From contig JAYTOU010000102.1 of the NCBI GenBank assembly GCA_043747615.1, positions 1-38,705 on the forward strand: DNA of 38,705 nt, read 5' to 3'. Positions within the stretch are counted from its first letter, which is position 1. Every line of letters begins with the position of its first letter. The notes below the pieces were generated by a model, which worked only from the letters and a program-made list of their open reading frames with translations, ran no database searches and had not been told where the DNA came from. The translations under genes were made by a program, and so were the position numbers. Origin of the DNA: Myxococcales bacterium (GTDB taxonomy: Bacteria > Myxococcota_A > Polyangia > Polyangiales > Polyangiaceae). This document shows, piece after piece, positions 36,410 through 38,705 of this stretch.

Positions 36410-38260
36410 GTGGCGGACCTCTCCGAATACCCGTCCGGCGCGCTCATCCCCGGAACGAAATACAAAGTCATCCGCAAGCTCGGCGCGGGCGGCATGGGAA
36501 TCGTCTACGAGGTCGAAGACACGACGATCGACAAGCGCTACGTCTTGAAGACGCTGCACGCGCAGTTCTCCGCCCGCGCCGATCTCGCGGCCCGGATGGA
36601 CAAAGAAGCCAAGGCGCTCGCGCGGCTCGAGCACAAGAACATCGTCCAGGTGATCACCGCCGACGTGACCGCCGACGCGCGGAAGCTCCGTTACTTCGTG
36701 ATGGAAAAGTTGAGCGGACACTCACTCCGCACGGTGCTCGACAACAAGGGATCGCTCGAGGTAGGCGCGGCGTGCCGCCTGATGATCGACGTGCTCAACG
36801 CGCTCTACCACGCGCACGAGAACCGGATCATTCATCGCGACGTGAAGCCCGACAACATTTTCCTTCACCGCGATCGCGAAGGCGTCACCGTGCCCAAGCT
36901 CCTCGATTTCGGAGTGATGACGAGCTCGGACTCGAGGACCATGACGGGGCATCGCTTCATCGGGACCTTGCGCTATGCAGCCCCCGAGCAGCTCCTCGGC
37001 GACAAAGTCTCCGCCCAGACCGATCTCTACGCCGCGGGTCTCGTGCTCTACGAAGCGATCGCCGGGCGGGGCCCGTTCGATGAAGCGGGGGATTCGATGG
37101 CCGTCGCCTCGGCGCACTTGAACAAAGTGCCGCCGAACATTTCCGAGTTCAAGCCGGTTCCTCCCGCACTCGAGCAGCTCATCATGTCGTCGCTCGCGAA
37201 GGACGCGAACCACAGGCCGAAAGACGCGTTCTCGTTCGCCGCCGATCTGAACCGCTTTCTTCGCGAGCTGCGCACTCGCCAGCCTGCACATGCGTCGGAG
37301 CTGGCGACCGTCGAAGCCATCTTGCCGATGACCGCGCCGCCGTCGACGCCGCAGATGCCGCAGAGCCCGCCGACTGCGATCGAAGGTCAGCTCCGAGGCG
37401 CGACCTCGGCGGCAAAAGCTGGAAGCGAGCCGCATCCCCCGGCGTCTTCGCGGCACACCGACCACCGCGTTGCTCCCATGTCGGGCTCGGGGCACACGCT
37501 CGAAGACGCGTCACCGCCAGAGATGACCGTGGGCGCCGCTGCACCACCCGCGAACGGAGCTCCGGCGGGCGTCGATAGGAGCGCGCCCACGACGACCTAC
37601 GTGGCCGACGCACCGCAGCTGCGATCCCAAGGCGACACCGTGCTCATGGATCCGTCGGAGCCGAGGAATTCCGGGGACACGATTCGAATGGCGCCGCTCG
37701 CTGCGGCGTGGGCGGAAGCGAATGCCGCTCCGAATGCAACGACGGGGACGCACTCGCATTCGGTGCCAGACGCTCAGCTCGCGCAGCTTCGGGGTCGTGG
37801 GACGCCGCGGGGGATCGTTGCCGGGGTGGTGGGCGCGGCGGTGGTAGGGCTCGCGGCGTTGGTGGCGGTTGGGCTTCATTTCAGGGCGAATGCGAAGGTC
37901 GCGGCGAGCGCGGTGGTGGCGCCGAGCGCGACGGTGCCGACGAGCGCGATGGCGAATGCGTCTGCCGGGCCTGCGGTGACCGCCGTTGCTGCGGAGCCGC
38001 TGACGCCGATGACGGCGATGACGCCGATGACGCCGCTGGAGAGCGTTACGCCGGTCGTGAGCGCGGCGCCGAGCTCGAGCGCTGCTACGAAGTCGAACGC
38101 TGTTGTTGCCGCTCCACCGCCGATCACGCCCCGGACGCCCAAGCCGGTGGTCTCGGTGAGTCCGCCACCGAAGGCAACGCCGCCGCCGGTGGCCTCCGCG
38201 CCGCCCGCTGATTCTGTTGTGGTCCCGAAGAAGAGGAAGCTTCCGCCGTCGGGGCTGTAA
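36410..38260 (+). CDS. Hanks-type Ser/Thr protein kinase with a TM helix and Pro/Ala-rich C-terminus
   Basis: LGAGGMGIVY, VLK, HRDVKPDN, DFG, GTLRYAAPEQ, DLYAAG; TM IVAGVVGAAVVGLAALVAVGL. Confidence 0.95.
   Translation: MADLSEYPSGALIPGTKYKVIRKLGAGGMGIVYEVEDTTIDKRYVLKTLHAQFSARADLAARMDKEAKALARLEHKNIVQVITADVTADARKLRYFVMEKLSGHSLRTVLDNKGSLEVGAACRLMIDVLNALYHAHENRIIHRDVKPDNIFLHRDREGVTVPKLLDFGVMTSSDSRTMTGHRFIGTLRYAAPEQLLGDKVSAQTDLYAAGLVLYEAIAGRGPFDEAGDSMAVASAHLNKVPPNISEFKPVPPALEQLIMSSLAKDANHRPKDAFSFAADLNRFLRELRTRQPAHASELATVEAILPMTAPPSTPQMPQSPPTAIEGQLRGATSAAKAGSEPHPPASSRHTDHRVAPMSGSGHTLEDASPPEMTVGAAAPPANGAPAGVDRSAPTTTYVADAPQLRSQGDTVLMDPSEPRNSGDTIRMAPLAAAWAEANAAPNATTGTHSHSVPDAQLAQLRGRGTPRGIVAGVVGAAVVGLAALVAVGLHFRANAKVAASAVVAPSATVPTSAMANASAGPAVTAVAAEPLTPMTAMTPMTPLESVTPVVSAAPSSSAATKSNAVVAAPPPITPRTPKPVVSVSPPPKATPPPVASAPPADSVVVPKKRKLPPSGL
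38000..38035 (+). repeat. In-frame 9-bp tandem repeat (about 4 x ATGACGCCG) in the kinase C-terminus
   Basis: CTGACGCCG ATGACGGCG ATGACGCCG ATGACGCCG, encoding LTP-MTA-MTP-MTP. Confidence 0.7.
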
Positions 38261-38277
38261 GCGCGCGTCGCGGCTGG

Positions 38278-38705
38278 TTATAGAGCGAGTGTTGGCGCGT
38301 TGGAGCCGTTGCTCCCGATGGTCGCCCCTGGAGTGCCACCGCCGCCGCCCGCTCCGCCGGTGCCGGCGGCGCTTGTTACTTTCGTGACAGTGCCTTGTTC
38401 GGTGGGTGGCGTGTCCACGTAGCCGATCGCGACCGAGTGACCACCCGCTCCGCCGCCGCCGCCGCCGCCGGCTCCGCCGTTTCCGCCTGCCGCGCCATTG
38501 CAGCCAGTTCCACCGCTTGCCGGAGGAATTGCCGCTCCCGCAACGCCTCCTGCCTGCCCCACCTGACCCGTGCCGCCACTCTTTCCGTCGCCAGCCTTCG
38601 CGGTCTTCAGCGTGCAGGAGTCCAACGCGATGACTGCCTTGTAACTCAGAAGCGCAAAGCTCGACCCGCCGGTCATCCCGCCAACACCGCCCGCACCTCC
38701 GCATC
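38278..38705 (-). CDS. Gly-rich (PGRS-like) protein, C-terminal part (runs off the window end)
   Basis: GGSSFALL..GGNGGAGGGGGGGAGGHSVAI..GTGGAGGGGG; the frame stays open to the window edge. Confidence 0.8.
   Translation of the reverse strand, partial: CGGAGGVGGMTGGSSFALLSYKAVIALDSCTLKTAKAGDGKSGGTGQVGQAGGVAGAAIPPASGGTGCNGAAGGNGGAGGGGGGGAGGHSVAIGYVDTPPTEQGTVTKVTSAAGTGGAGGGGGTPGATIGSNGSNAPTLAL

Overview
GC-rich, gene-dense chromosomal segment, most likely from a myxobacterium (Myxococcota, probably Polyangiaceae/Labilithrix-like). The taxonomy is inferred from the many Cys-containing lipoproteins, the Ser/Thr kinase, the sigma-54 activator, the PHM-like monooxygenase and the Gly-rich protein. 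About 40 CDSs are supported. Housekeeping and metabolic genes include lipA (partial), mtnA, hbd/crt, holB, ricT/PSP1, thiE, an Rsm22-family methyltransferase, GDPD and DHH phosphoesterases, hutU, hflX, efp, gmd/rmd, murB and hrpB. Regulators are an orphan NtrC-type response regulator flanked by two sigma-54 promoter matches, a GAF protein and a Ser/Thr kinase. I saw no rRNA, tRNA, CRISPR array, integrase or transposase. The best candidate for an undescribed system is a translationally coupled three-gene operon at 28351-30871: an exported helical-repeat/multi-TM protein, an 84-aa membrane-anchored protein with an RIGHGANCSS motif, and a radical SAM/SPASM enzyme with an RRE-like N-terminus. Other highlights are a heme-c-fused PHM/DBH-type copper monooxygenase lipoprotein, an apparent ATC start codon for hflX, and a structured 280-bp intergenic region holding a 12-codon ORF with a strong SD. 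All calls come from reading motifs; no database searches were run.
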